Shown piece after piece: positions 37,070-49,794 of a stretch of DNA of 64,000 bases. Source of the DNA: Takakia lepidozioides (taxonomy: Eukaryota > Plantae > Bryophyta); contig CM060733.1 of NCBI GenBank assembly GCA_030704615.1, forward strand, positions 11,594,001-11,658,000. Reading direction: 5' to 3'. Each line of letters opens with the position of its first letter. The stretch's first letter is position 1. Under the pieces are notes generated by a model, which did not search any database, was not told the origin of the DNA, and saw only the letters and a list, made by a program, of their open reading frames with translations. The position numbers were made by a program, and so were the translations under genes.

Positions 37070-39311
37070 ATAGGCCCTATGTGAATGGGGTTGCGAGGAG
37101 TTGCGAATGCCCTCAAGGGGTAGAGCATTGGCATGGTCCCTCCAAACTTCTCCTCCATGGAAATATCCGCACTCGATTTCGAGGGTTCTGGTGACCAGTT
37201 GAAGTTGTGCACAAGTCGTGCTACAGCCAGCATGACCATCGTCTGCCCCAAGTTACCACCTGGGCATCCTCGCCTGCCCAAACCAAAGGGAATGATCCGC
37301 AGCTCTGGGTCATTGATGCTGGCCAGATTCTCAGAGCTCCACCTCTCCGGTTGGAACTCAAGAGGGGCAGACCAGACCTCGGGGTTACGGCCCAGCTCGA
37401 GGATGCTGATGAGTATGTTGGTGTTGGCAGGAATGTCGTAGCCTGCTACTTTGGTAGCTATCATGCCTTGGCGAGGGACGCCGAAAGGGCCGGGAGGATG
37501 CAAGCGGAAGGTCTCCTTCCCACCACTAAGGTAGGGCAGCTTGTAGAAATCTGCTTCTGCCACGGGCCGATCATGGCCTACGACCGCGTCAATCTCTTGC
37601 TGAAGCTTCTCCTGAATTTCAAGGTGTCCGCCCACCTCAGCTAGTGCCCTCGGTGTTTGGCAACTGGAGTATCTGTTCCGCCACATCAGCTTCTGCATGG
37701 TACCAATAATGGATCCGAACCAGAACCGACACCGAATTCGTCAAGATCGCCATTTCCTACACTATCTGTAAACTATTGGCATTAAAGTCCATGCTGAGCT
37801 GTGGAGGAGCGGACGATGTGCTATACGGACAGCATTCTTCCAGGAGGAGAGGAGATCAGAGCCACAAGGATTCCCGAAATTGAGCGTGCCTAACATTCTG
37901 CATTCGGAGAATGTGTGACCTTGCCAAAGGCGATGCAATCACTAATAAAGGTCCAAACCCTTTCGACATATCACATTGTCTTAAATGCTCACATAAGGTT
38001 GGATTGCTAGTGGAAAGAGCGACTTACAAGAGTGAGAGCTTTAATAGTTGCGTCTTCCAGTTGGGCTGCACCCTCTTCTCCAGGAAGGGAAAGAAGTACA
38101 TCAATGAAGTCATGAACATCCTTCTTGCCCTTTTGTTGCCGGTGCTGTTCGATGATGGTTTGAAGTTTTTCATCAAGCTCGTCGTGCACCTTAAACACGA
38201 ACCCACAATCGAATGTCAGAAGACCTTTCCTCTGGCAACTCAATCTCTGAAGGTTCATATGTTGAATTCTGTCCCCCGGAGAAGCCTATGTAGTTAACCC
38301 AATGCTAATTTACCTGAAGACGTCCAGAGTTTAACCTGGGACCTTAGACTACAGTGCTACACCCTCACCCTATTACAGGCACCAGCTTGAGACATAGTGA
38401 CTTCGGTGAAACAATCTCTATCTCGTTAATGGTTTTGGCAATGCGGTCCCTGGGAATGGCAAGCACCGGACTCATTGAGAGCTCCTTTCTCCCTACCTGC
38501 TTGTTTATGCCCTTTCTTCTCCCCCTTAAACTTTCACTGGGAATTTTACCTGCTTCAATGGTTTCTGGTAACCTTGGAGGTCAAACCACTTAAGAGCAGG
38601 AATGAAGTCCCCAATGTTGAAGACACCAAAGAAATCAAAGCTCTTGGTCAGCAACTTCAACACGTCCATGGAATCGTCTTGGCCTGCAGATGCATCGCCA
38701 AAGTACCGTTTCCCCAAGATCATGCTGGTCATGATGTTCATGGAAAATGCCTCCATTTCGTGTCTAATTTCCACGCTCTTTCCGGCCTCATACTTCTTCA
38801 AAACATTTTTCAACATCTGATCGGTTTCCGCGTTCCTGATGGGTTCAAACGTCTCTAGCCTTTTGGGGGTGAGGAGCTCATTCACACAGACACGGCGCAT
38901 GTGTCGCCAATGTGCGCCGTAGGGGGCCATGGCGAAGTCGTGAGAATCGTAAGTCAAGACCCTGGAAGCGATTGTCGATGGCCGCGATGAGAACACATGG
39001 TCCTGCTCCTTCATGATCTCGCCCACGATCTTGGGATGGCTGGTGATCACTGTAGGCACCGATCCCATTCGCATGTACACAATTGGTCCATACTTCTTAG
39101 TCAGCTCCGCCACGGTCTTGTGTGGCTGGGGTCCCAGGTGAGGCAAATTCCCAACCACTGGCCATGGGCGGGGTCCTGGGGGCAAGTTCAAGGCTTTTCC
39201 TTTCAAGAAGCGTTGGACAACCCCCGAAACAATCACTCCTATCAACAACACCTGCAGAACCTGTGTCCAAGTAAGTGTCCCAAATATGTCAACAGGCAGA
39301 ACTGCCGCCAT
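37070..39311 (-). pseudogene. Cytochrome P450, CYP703-like (CYP71 clan), frameshifted
   Basis: Exons 38550-39311, 38028-38189, ~37070-37692. Motifs LPPGPRPWP, QDHVFSSRP, AFSMN, DFIDVLLSLPGEEG..IKAL (CYP703-like), KETFRLHP, PERW, FGLGRRGCPG heme motif. The I-helix GGTDT is out of frame at ~37660-37685 and residues are missing before ExxR. Confidence 0.75.
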
Positions 39312-41040
39312 TCCTTCTCTGTTGCTTCAACAGCCGAGCAATTCAAGTATGCAGAATCTGTTGAAATAGACAATCAATTACAACCGCGCAGCAACCGCCA
39401 AACACAGCTCCAGACTTGCAATTGGGAGCAGTGGCAAGACCCCAGAGACTGTATCGGTTGGTACCCACACGAGAAAAAGAGGAGAGTGAGCAGCTTGGAA
39501 CTGATGCAGAAGAGAGCATCACAGAGGCTTCATATAGGTTCGTTTGCTGATCTACAGGCTGCTGAGATGACTTGTTCCATTCTCTCTTTATTGGTCACGC
39601 TGACAACCCGCCTCTCGTACCTTCTGTTTGACCCTGGAGCCTACCTTGCCTCTCTCTTTCTTCCCTCTCTTCCGTCTCGTCGCCATTGACTGAATCCTCG
39701 CTCCACACGTGCACCGCCTGCCTCTTCACTAAACATTCTCTTCACTAGTCTATAGAGTCTTTTACAATTTTTTATTAGTTTATTATTTATTTTTAACACA
39801 GAACAGGGGGATTGTAGTCCTGAAAATTTTGTTAATAAGGTAAAAAACAACTAACCTTACAAGAGCCATAAGCCAGAGGAATGAGGTCTAGAAGCAAGAA
39901 AAAGAGAGCAGGAGAAGTTACTTAATTACCTACCACGTTGGCCTTTCACACTGTTCTATAGTTGGTCAATAGTTAATACATTTTTTAGTATACATCTAGC
40001 ATTTTTATACTAGATAATATGACTCCGCAGGGAGTAAGTATGGTTGGCCATTCACCTCTCAAGACAAACCAGTAATATGATCACATTCAAAGTTTTTTAA
40101 GATAGTGCTAAGTATGTGCTGCTGCATCTTTTTTCTTTCTTTTCCTTTCTCTTATTATTAACTGTTGAGTCTTCCTGGACGTTAAACTTGAAAACTTTTT
40201 CTTAAATGTTCTTAAATGTTTTTAAATCTTCCTCGTCACAATTGAAGGGACTCATTTTTCTTTGACCTATGACTTGACGACTTGACCCCATAAATCAGCC
40301 ACAAAAGAAACAAGAAAACATTGTGCATATGTCTTACTGACAGATAAATAATAAGGTCAAGTCAAATATAAATAACAAATAATAAAATGAAAATAATGGT
40401 CATTTAGGACATTTTCGTTTTAGCTAAATCATATTAGTTTCAGGCCACGAGTCACCCAAGGTAAGAAAAGATGAGTTTTCTATTTGCCCCATGTGACTCG
40501 GCTGGAAGTTGACTAAGCCCAGCCGGCCAGGTCACCTGGGTCCAACGAACAACCACTTGACACCTGTCCAATAGGATCATCAACCCTTGTGCTAATTGCT
40601 TCACCCGGGAAATGTGATTCTGGGACGGACTGTTGTCAATTAGACTTGTTTTCACATCACGTTATCCCCAGGGCCTTGATTGCCAGCCAATCCATAAGGT
40701 TGGATTAAATGTCCTCAGGAAGTAGAGGCCTCGGCCGTGTAGTCTTTCTTTCCAAGCACATGTAATGAATATGGCCGTAATTACAGTGACATATTCTGAG
40801 CTTGAAATATGTTGCTGAATAATGTAAAGCAGTTTCATTCGGCCCGGTTAATTCTACAGTGGTCCAGAACACTCTAGACACATCTTCTGAATCCATCCCT
40901 ATCTTTTATGCAAGCGATTGGAATTTTCAGTGTCTTTTACAGGGGGTAAAGAATTGATTATTTAATATGTAATGACGTGAGGCTGTAAAGAATGACTATT
41001 AAAAGTTAAAGGAAAAGAAAAAAGAAAATGTTCGCTCCCA

Positions 41041-41175
41041 GGTGTGTAGCTCAGTTGGATAGAGGACTGAGTGTCACCCAGGTGACTCTGGGTTCAAATC
41101 CTTCTACCTTGTCGAGTGTGGTATAATCTTCTCGCCCTTCCCTTGGGCGTGTCCCTTCATATTTCCCTTGCTAAA
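41041..41175 (+). mobile_element. tRNA-derived SINE
   Basis: A box tagctcagttgg, B box ggttcaaatcc, non-tRNA body, A-rich tail and A-rich insertion site; homologous copy at ~43640-43765. Confidence 0.7.
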
Positions 41176-42231
41176 AACAATTGGAAAAAAGAAGAAACAA
41201 GAACATGTGGATATACCCACTAGCCTACAACAATTTATCATTTGACAACCTAGAGGTATATGAGATCAGAGTCCAAATCAATTAATCAGGACATGCTTCA
41301 GCCAAGTTCCAAGTTCCAACCATTTTTTTATTTTTTGAAAAGAGAAATACCGTGAGTGACTGCTCACAAATCAGGCCTCACAATCAATCATCCGGGCAAC
41401 AACCACTACCCTTTTCTTCCCACGATGGTGACTTCTGCATGCAATGAAGCTCTTAGCAGCCTCTGTAGACACAAGCTAATTTTTTAGTGCTTGGAGATAT
41501 ATGTAAAACATCCATTATTACTTTGAATGAAAATTAATTAACTAAGGAATTTTGGAACAATTGAAGCAGAATTGGGCGTGCCATGATTGGGTTTCAGGTT
41601 GTTCTTTATTTATTCGGCAGCATATTTCATAGTATTTGCACTTGACTAGATCTTTATAAACTCCAGCAATGAAAGAATCTGAAAGAAAATGTGGGTGCCA
41701 AAAAAGACAAAACCTCGCGTGTCGACCAGGTGATTATATGGCAACACAGAAACAGATGTTACTGTGAAATCGACAAACAAATTCACTTTCCGTAGACCAG
41801 ATCGAAACAATCTCTGGTTAAGAGAGCACCGAATTCTCCTTTGGGTGCTTCTGCATACATAAATCCATTTGTCAACCATGAAATTTGTAGTAGAATTCGA
41901 TAAGAAATATGGATGAAATTATAGAGAGGGTGATTCTATCCAAAATTCAGTGGATGAACAGAACATATGGCTATTTCCTGCAAAACTCAGCAGCCACTTC
42001 TGTTACTTTCCAATTTTCAAAAAACATCACTGATTCATAGGCGAATTTTTTTGTCTTATATATATATATATATAATTTAGATAAACAGGGGACGGAGCCC
42101 TGGGATAAGTTTTATTTAGACTTATTGGAGGGAAAAACATTAAAACCCTCTGTCAAACCATGAGGCACATACACCGTTGTCAACTTTATCGGTAAGGCAG
42201 GTTTTCCGTCCTAGTCAATGAAAGTAGAAAC

Positions 42232-42699
42232 CAGTGTTGGTCTGGTATGGGTATCAGACCCGAGTATCAATGCTGGTATCAACCCTGGAATCAGGGACCA
42301 GACCAGTCTTAAGTTTGACAATACCAGGTCATATACCAGACCAGGCTGGTATCCGTTTTCTCATACCAGCCACAATACCAGTACCCCCAGCCGTCTTCCT
42401 CATTTACTCTGGTATGTGTACTATACTAGTTTATGTATACATACATGTACTAGGTTTATTGTATTTATTTTCACTTGATATTTGACAAACTTGTACTTCA
42501 AATGGCTTTGGAATGATACCAGAATTGATATCTCATACCAGGCTCCAGCTGGTATTATGGTCATGATACTCATACTCATACCAGTATCTGGAAAAAAATA
42601 CATCCACCATATAGACCAGACTTGGTAGGAAAGTTTTGTGAAGGGGATGGTACCAGGACCAGTCTGATATGTCCTAAACCTGATACCAGACCAACACCG
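42232..42699. mobile_element. Non-autonomous hAT element (MITE-like)
   Basis: TIRs CAGTGTTGGTCTGGTAT / ATACCAGACCAACACCG, perfect 8-bp TSD gtagaaac (42224-42231 and 42700-42707), many ATACCAG subterminal repeats. Confidence 0.92.
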
Positions 42700-43639
42700 G
42701 TAGAAACCTGCTTCAGGCAGAGTCTTGAGCAACACTCCCAAGCAAGTTTAAGTCAATGTTGACAAAGTCCACTTGTCATGATCTCAAAAACCCTTGCAGA
42801 CCGATTGTTCGATCTCTAATATTACTTTTTTTTACTTTAAATAAAACTATATATAATGATCAGATTCGCTAGACTATTTTTCAGAAACAAATAAAAAATC
42901 AAAATCAAAATCAAAAGGAGGTGTAATATATTTGCCTGCCAGGCCTTTACAGGGTGTTTTCTCCCCTGTCTTATTTGAAATTCGTTGACTGGATCTCTGC
43001 CATCACCTTTGCACAAATAGATATTATATTGTATTCGGTAATACATATAAATATAATACATACCCATTGTGTGCATGCAATCGCCGGGCCCACATGCAGC
43101 CGCCACATTGGGAACAATTGGGGTATATTCATATATTCCTACATTCTGCTCCCATTTTGTGCACCTATTGTTTGGACGTTAAACAAACTTTCACTTTCTT
43201 CCGTCAATGGGATGTCCACCGTTTTACTTTTTTGTTTGAAAACGATCCTTATAAGTACACTTGACTCGTGAAAGTGAGTCAATTGACGTCACTCTCGAGG
43301 GATGCAGGGGGGGAGCGGAGCTGAAATTGACCCATTTATCCCACATATTCCGGGAATAAAATTACGTGGATGGTTCTGCACAATATAAATGGGGTGATCT
43401 GTGCGGCATGTATCGCAAAGGCCCACAGGGACTTGTCCGCAACAGAAGGCACGTCGTGCAGGGGCCCCACCGGAGCTTTAACGAACGGACATGAACTTTT
43501 TTAAACTGTCCAGGTCCGGGTCGTCGTAGCAAGGGAGGCTAGGGTTTGACATTCTGCTTCTCCAGTTTTTTTATTCTATTATTTTTTCTTCAACGGGAAA
43601 CACCTAGGAGCGACAAATAGGGAGAGAAGAAAATAACCA

Positions 43640-43765
43640 CGCCATGAGGCTGGTCATTGGACACCGACAGAGGAGGAACATGCCACGCCCAACAAGAGCA
43701 GGATTTGACCCCAGAATCATCTGGCTGGCACTTAGTGCACTATCCAACTGAGTTATTGATTACCA
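43640..43765 (-). mobile_element. tRNA-derived SINE, same family as 41041
   Basis: Reverse complement taactcagttggatagtgcactaagtgcc...tctggggtcaaatcctgctcttgttgggcgtgg aligns with 41047-41122. Confidence 0.65.
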
Positions 43766-45039
43766 TACTTGCCTACGCTATTCGTCAGGACCCGCCCGGA
43801 CTAATTAATATTTTTTGAAGAAGGGGTTTGGCAGGCTTTTTGGGAATTTATGCAGTTCCGACGGTAATTCCGAGAGTAATCATTCCAGTGACGACCGAAG
43901 GTCGGAAGCTACTTTATCGTAGAACAGATATAGGGTGCCATAGTGCCCCGTCATCATCGCCATGTCATCGTCACCACGTCATCGTCGCCACGTTTCGTCG
44001 TCGTCAAATTTCGTCGGAACTGCTCGAAACTGTCTTTGCAGCGCGAGGAAGGGATGACGATACCCGGCATCCTTGAGAGCGGAGGGGTTTCACACACCGA
44101 TTTCAGAGGGAGATGAGGAGAAGCTTTGGAATGAACACTTTCCCGACCCCAGTCAATGGACAAAAAGGTGAATGGTTTTCGTCATCGAATGAACTGTGAA
44201 AAAAACGTGGAGTCAATGGTGGGACAATGGAGACAAAAAGGTGAATGGTTTTCGTCATCGAATGAATTGTGAAAGAAACGTGGAGTTCATTTTCATAACA
44301 TTGTCCCTCGACTGTCCAGGTTAGGAAACTTTCCTGCCTTCATTCAATCAATGGTGGGATATGGTGGAAATGTACTTATATCTAAAGCTGACATGTACAG
44401 TTCTTTTTACAGTAAAACCACTTATATACGTTTCAAATGCAAGCCAAGAATTCACAGTTACTATAGTTACCCTTCGAGAAGATTCTTGGAACTGACATTC
44501 ATTTATCCTGTTTCAATGGCAGGAAAAATCCCTTACTACACAGTGCCACTTGTGCGGGAGGTCAGTGAGCATGTCGAATCTGCAATTGTAGCTGACTGGA
44601 GCAAGGAGTTTGATGTGGAGGGTCTGTTTAAGAATGAGGAGTCAGTTGTTATAGCTGGACTCCCTTCTCTTATCGACACACTTCATGTGGAAATGCCTTC
44701 AAGTGCTCCACTTACTATGGACATCGACACCGTTCAGGTTGGTTCAATTTAACCTGGATTATATAAATATTCTCCTTGGCAGCAGCAACAAAATTGTGGC
44801 ATGATGCTGAGGAGACAGAAATGTTGTGGTGTACTATATTGGTTGGTCTTCTAAATGAATCACCCTCGTTGAAATCTCTAAAATGACTGTCACCTTTAGT
44901 TGATCATTTCCAAAAGCTAGCGGCAATGCCCTCCTTTGGTCTATTTCTTGGGTGAGTACTCACATCAAATTCATACCATGGTGAAGAGCTTTATTGAGAA
45001 AAACTGGAAGACCGGAATGATTTTGTTTTGCAATACTGA

Positions 45040-48000
45040 CTATCCCTTCCGCAGCTCCATAAGTTTCAATAACTTTAGACTCCAAAGTGTTGTCTGGCCA
45101 ACCACCTGCCCCAACTCGGTCTGTTTCCTAACACCATTCACATATGGTAGAGGGGTGTTACTGACACATGCCTCTTTGATGTACACACAGGCATAATCAA
45201 GGGGCACAGCAGGGTACCCGTAACCCACCACAGCACCTTGAAGAGCAACAATCAGCCCTACTCCACATTTCTTGCGTTTGGAGTTCACATCCAACAGCCG
45301 AACCTCGTCACCCACCCTGAACTGTGATCCCAACTCCACACAAAAAAGAACACGATGTGAAAACCCATGACATACACACGACTAGGACACTCAACATTTG
45401 CGAGTTAAAGAGAGCCCCAAGGTTGGAAAAAATATAACAGACAAGACAACGGCCTGGACTTACTCCATTTGCAGTCTCCAGTGGTGGTGAGACCTCTTTT
45501 GGGGGGCTACTCGCCGGGTCGACACTCTTGCCCCTCGTCTGTACCGGCTTGTCGACAATATCACCTTTGTTTGTCACAAGTTCCTGTGTCACAGACCAGA
45601 GATCAACCAGGAAAGCAATGAGCAAACAGGAATAGTGAATAGAAACAAAATCCAAGTATGAATCAAACAAAAAAAACCAACATGAAAAGCTGCAAAGAAA
45701 ACCTAGCATTAATCAAGCAACCGAGGAGAAGCATCCAGGAAAGCAATGCAATGAATGAACCCACAAAAATGTAGCCTCTGGAGCACTGTCAGAATGTTTG
45801 TACCTTCACAGTAGCAGTGTTGTATGGTTGTTGTCCGAAAACAGGCTGAGACTCCAAAAACTTGGGAATACTGGCAGCTTTCGATGTCTTCCACAAGAAA
45901 GGCCACAACACCTCTGTTAGATACTCATCAGTTGGTGAATCTGGTTGCACCTTCCATGGCTCTGGAAAAATCCCACTGAAGGGAGGATTGTTTGCCGCCT
46001 TTCTTGGTGTGTCGTCAACAAGAACAGTGTCCTCGTAAGTCCATTCTGGCCAGTCTGCCCACACTGTAGACAAGTTCTTGAAATATAATGGCTTTGAATC
46101 AGACCCCTTACGGCATGGGAGGACTGGGTCCTCGTCACAGTGAAGGGCATCCCACTGGAAAACCAGGTTAGTGTGGGCTGCAAAAATATAGTCCACCATT
46201 GGGAAGAAGTTGCGAGCTTGGCAACAAGACCACACCGCCACCTCAAAGTGTTCAAAACACTTTTGCAAAAAGTCATAACAGCGTGGTCTCAAAACTACCA
46301 TCTTCTTGCCACACATCTTCCCCACAAAACCTTTGGGAAGGGATGCAGGCCCATTAGCAGAATGAAAAGATTCACATAACAGACCATTTAAGTCCAGAAT
46401 TAGTAAATGCTTCCTCGTTGGTCCAGGAAGTAAACTGACATTTGGCTTCAACATGTAAGCAGGAGAAATTAAAGCAACCTGCTTGTTTGTTTTGTCCCCG
46501 TCTGCATCTTCCTCCCCATCTAAACTCCCACATACCTGCATACCAGAATCCGGTGTGCCCGGCGGCTCTGTCACCATTGCCCCCAGGACTGCTACTGCCT
46601 TTGTACGTGGCAAGGGCTGAATTTCCACGTGTACCTCACAGCTAGCCTTCCCTGTATCCTGCTGCTGCTCGGTCAAATTCAAAAGATCATCAGTGACAGG
46701 AAGACATAAGGGCTTAGAGTGAGCACCAGTTACCGTCTGAAATTGGGATTCCAAACATTTTGATACTGTCACAGCAGACGTATCCATCGTAGATGTCACT
46801 GGTCCTGCGTCTGGTAGATTAATCCCCAATCTGGTCACAATGGCTTTCTGGTACTCAATCATACTCTGCATCTGTAATTTTAATTCTGCCATGTCACGTC
46901 CTTGTGATTCCACCAGTTTGTCCAAGCCATCCATCCTGCCAACTACTGTAGAATATGCGAGACTTCCCTCCTGCCAATCCATGAAAACTTGCCCAAGTAT
47001 GAATCAAACCAAAAAAACCTAGCATGAACAACCATTGGAAAGAAAACCCAGGCCAAAAGCCGTGAAAAAAACCCTAGCAACCTATGATGCAACAACCACT
47101 CTAGCAAACGTAGAAAACACACTTACCACTCTACCACTAACATAATGAACACACTTGATTGTCTGTTTGTTCTCCCAGCTGACAACCGTGACACTGAACC
47201 CTCTTGAATTTCATATAATGTAGGAGGGCACCCTGATAGTGTTTCCTACAAATTAATCCATGCCACAAACAAACCCATGCCACAAGTCAGTAAGCAATGT
47301 GAGGGCTGACTATATACACATAGCAATTCAATGAGGAACAAAATACAGAGTCGTGATGATGCCACTTACCAAGCGTGCTTCCACCATTGCCTTCCCACCA
47401 TGGCCAGTCTTGGTAGGATTCAGAATTGCACCATTTGTCTTCTTCATGTTGCCCGACACTTTGTGGAACACCTCTGTCTGCCAGTAACTTACAAGCTTGT
47501 TCCATACCTCGTCAGATACAGTAATGGATTTCCCCTTACCACCCAACCACGCAGTGTGTGCTTCATAACGCTGGCTCTTCATTATTCTGCCAATTGTTTG
47601 TTTTAGGTGGAAGTCTTTTAACTCGTGCGGCGTATATGAAAATAGCTTAGCCAGGTGATCTCTGATTTCGTATACAACTTCATCAGGTTGGTTGTTGATG
47701 GCAAGGGAACAATCTAGCTTGCGATAAGCCTGTCCTTTAAGGGCAGCGTGCCATACATTCCGGGTCTGACCATACGGGGCTCCTTTGAGGTTCGTCAAAA
47801 TCACCATGGGAGGAAGACCTGCAGCTATTCTCTCTTCCTTGACCTTGGCAGCTTCAATTTTGGCTGAGCTATTAGCCCTTCTTAAAGCATCGGTTCTATC
47901 ATTCTTTGAAACGGCACCCTCCCCTCCTTCAGAGACCTCCGTGCGCTCAGGAGAATTCAAAGCAGGATCCTGCCAAGTAGGGACTGGTGGCCATGGCTGT

Positions 48001-49192
48001 TGGCCAGAAGGCCGAGGACCATACTGGCCATACTGTCCATAAGCAGGAGGATATTCCGGTGGCCTGCCACCCCCATAGCTATTAGGGGGTGGCAAATATG
48101 GTGGAGGAGGATACTGGCCATACTGCCCATATGAAGAAGCACCATATTGACCCTGACCATACTGAGTGCCAGACTGTGGGTACTGAGGCATACCATAATA
48201 AGATGGGGGTACTGGTGGCACAAAACCCACAACGTTGGGAGAGTTAGGGCCACCTCCTGCGTTCTTGTGGGCGCCATCTCCATTGCTAGCAGCAGGGATC
48301 GTGGATCCAGTGCGCTTGTGCTTGCCCTGAAAAGAAATTCCCCCAGTACAATGTGGGTGATTACACATACATATAGGCAGCAAGCAGCAAATCTTGAATT
48401 CAGGCAAAACAAACTGGAAGCACATATCATTTGTAAAGACAAGATTATCCAAAACTCAGTATGATCTTGGGCAGTAAATCTCCCAAATTTGATTGGCCCC
48501 AATGATGTCCTCCCAGTACATTTTTGAGCCCTCTTAGGTATGGGGTGTTCCTGAAATCCATAGCAAGAATTCAAATGGACAAACCTGATGGGTCCATGAG
48601 AAGTATCCCTCCAAGTTTTACTGATATTCTGGGTGCATAAGTAACCCAAGTATCTCTATAAGTAGCCATTGTAGCTTAGTACCAAGACATTGGTTTCATG
48701 GGGCAAAGAATTTGAACACACCTGAAGTCTACATTGGCTGACATCATGCCTTTGGCACTTCAACTTGTCTAGTGGAAATCATTTGTGATTGTGCCTTGGC
48801 TGACCCCTGCATTGTCCAACTTCCCTGTCTTGACAGACATACCCTATCTCTTCGTGATTTTACCAAAAACATACATAATTAGAATCATGGTCATTGTGAA
48901 GAACTATAACTCACAGACGGAGAAGGTGTTCGTAGTGTAGATGATGGGCGTTTTTGTCCTGCGACATGAGCATGGGCATGTTCTCCTCGGCTTGCCGTGG
49001 CATCCGCCGACGACGCACTCGCCTCGCACTGGCGTGGGAGGAGTGGATCGTCCTCATCGTCCTCAGAAGAGCCCTCATGCAGAATCGTAGTCTTCATCGT
49101 CTTCAGTCTGGCACTTTGCCTTGCAGGACCTTGATCCCTACCTTTTTCCTTCGGAGCGCGTGGCTTGCGAGGGCGATTCGCTCCCGCAAGCC
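45040..49192 (-). CDS. CACTA TnpA/Ptta-like accessory protein with embedded FCP1/NIF HAD phosphatase-like domain
   Basis: Putative exons ~48915-49192, ~47370-48328 (PYGQ-rich region, then VWNKLVSYW..S.NMKKTN...KTGHGG, Transposase_24-like), ~47126-47250, ~45800-46980 (coiled coil, then LLILDLNGLL, RPRCYDFLQKCFEHFEVAVWS, FKNLSTVW, TVLVDDTPRK), ~45462-45582, 45040-45323 (Tnp1/DUF8039-like LP..TELGQVVG..LW). Start and splicing are inferred. Confidence 0.7.
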
Positions 49193-49794
49193 TGCACAAA
49201 CACCTCCATGACCTCCCTCTCAAACAATCACAAACAAATGTAAGCATACATACCCTAATACTCTTAAGCCTACGCTGAACCACAGCCGCACCCTACCAGG
49301 ACGTAATGCCTGCCCACGAATGACGGCGGACATCTCCCGCCTAATGACACACCCTCCTCAAACCTAATCGTCACTCACTGCATGTTGTTTGCCTCTCTGT
49401 TTGTACAAGTCGCAGCTACTCGCCCCCATTTGTGCTATGAAGCTTATGATCGTTGTAGGAAGGTTAGAGGATAAGGCAAATCGCAAGTTTAGTGGGTGGG
49501 TATCCAAAGTCAGGAACTAAACTCACCCATCTATCGACTGCTTGAACGTTGCTTCCACCTCCTTTATGGCAGCAATCCGGCGCTCTCGGAACTTCTCGTA
49601 CTCAGTGAGAGGGACTGTCACTTCGAAGACCTTCCGCTTCACCATGGACACTCAGAAACGATACTTATAGTATACTATAGATATAGAAATAGCACATTGG
49701 CAGCTGGTGCAAAACTAGAGACAATGCACTGTGCGTAGCATGCAAAGAGGGAAGGGGTGACGTTCAAAGCATGTACAGTGCAGGTGGCGAACGG

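Noticed and set aside
38190-38549. TE insertion disrupting the P450
   Set aside because: Bounded by CAG/GTAAAA and AAG/GTG in phase 0, restoring KQ-VHDELD; it is better explained as an intron.
41041-41115. Functional tRNA gene
   Set aside because: A and B boxes are present, but there is no proper acceptor or anticodon stem. It continues into a body shared with 43640-43765, so it is a SINE.
43738-43742. Left CACTA terminus
   Set aside because: This CACTA lies within a SINE and lacks the CAAGA continuation and TGG TSD.
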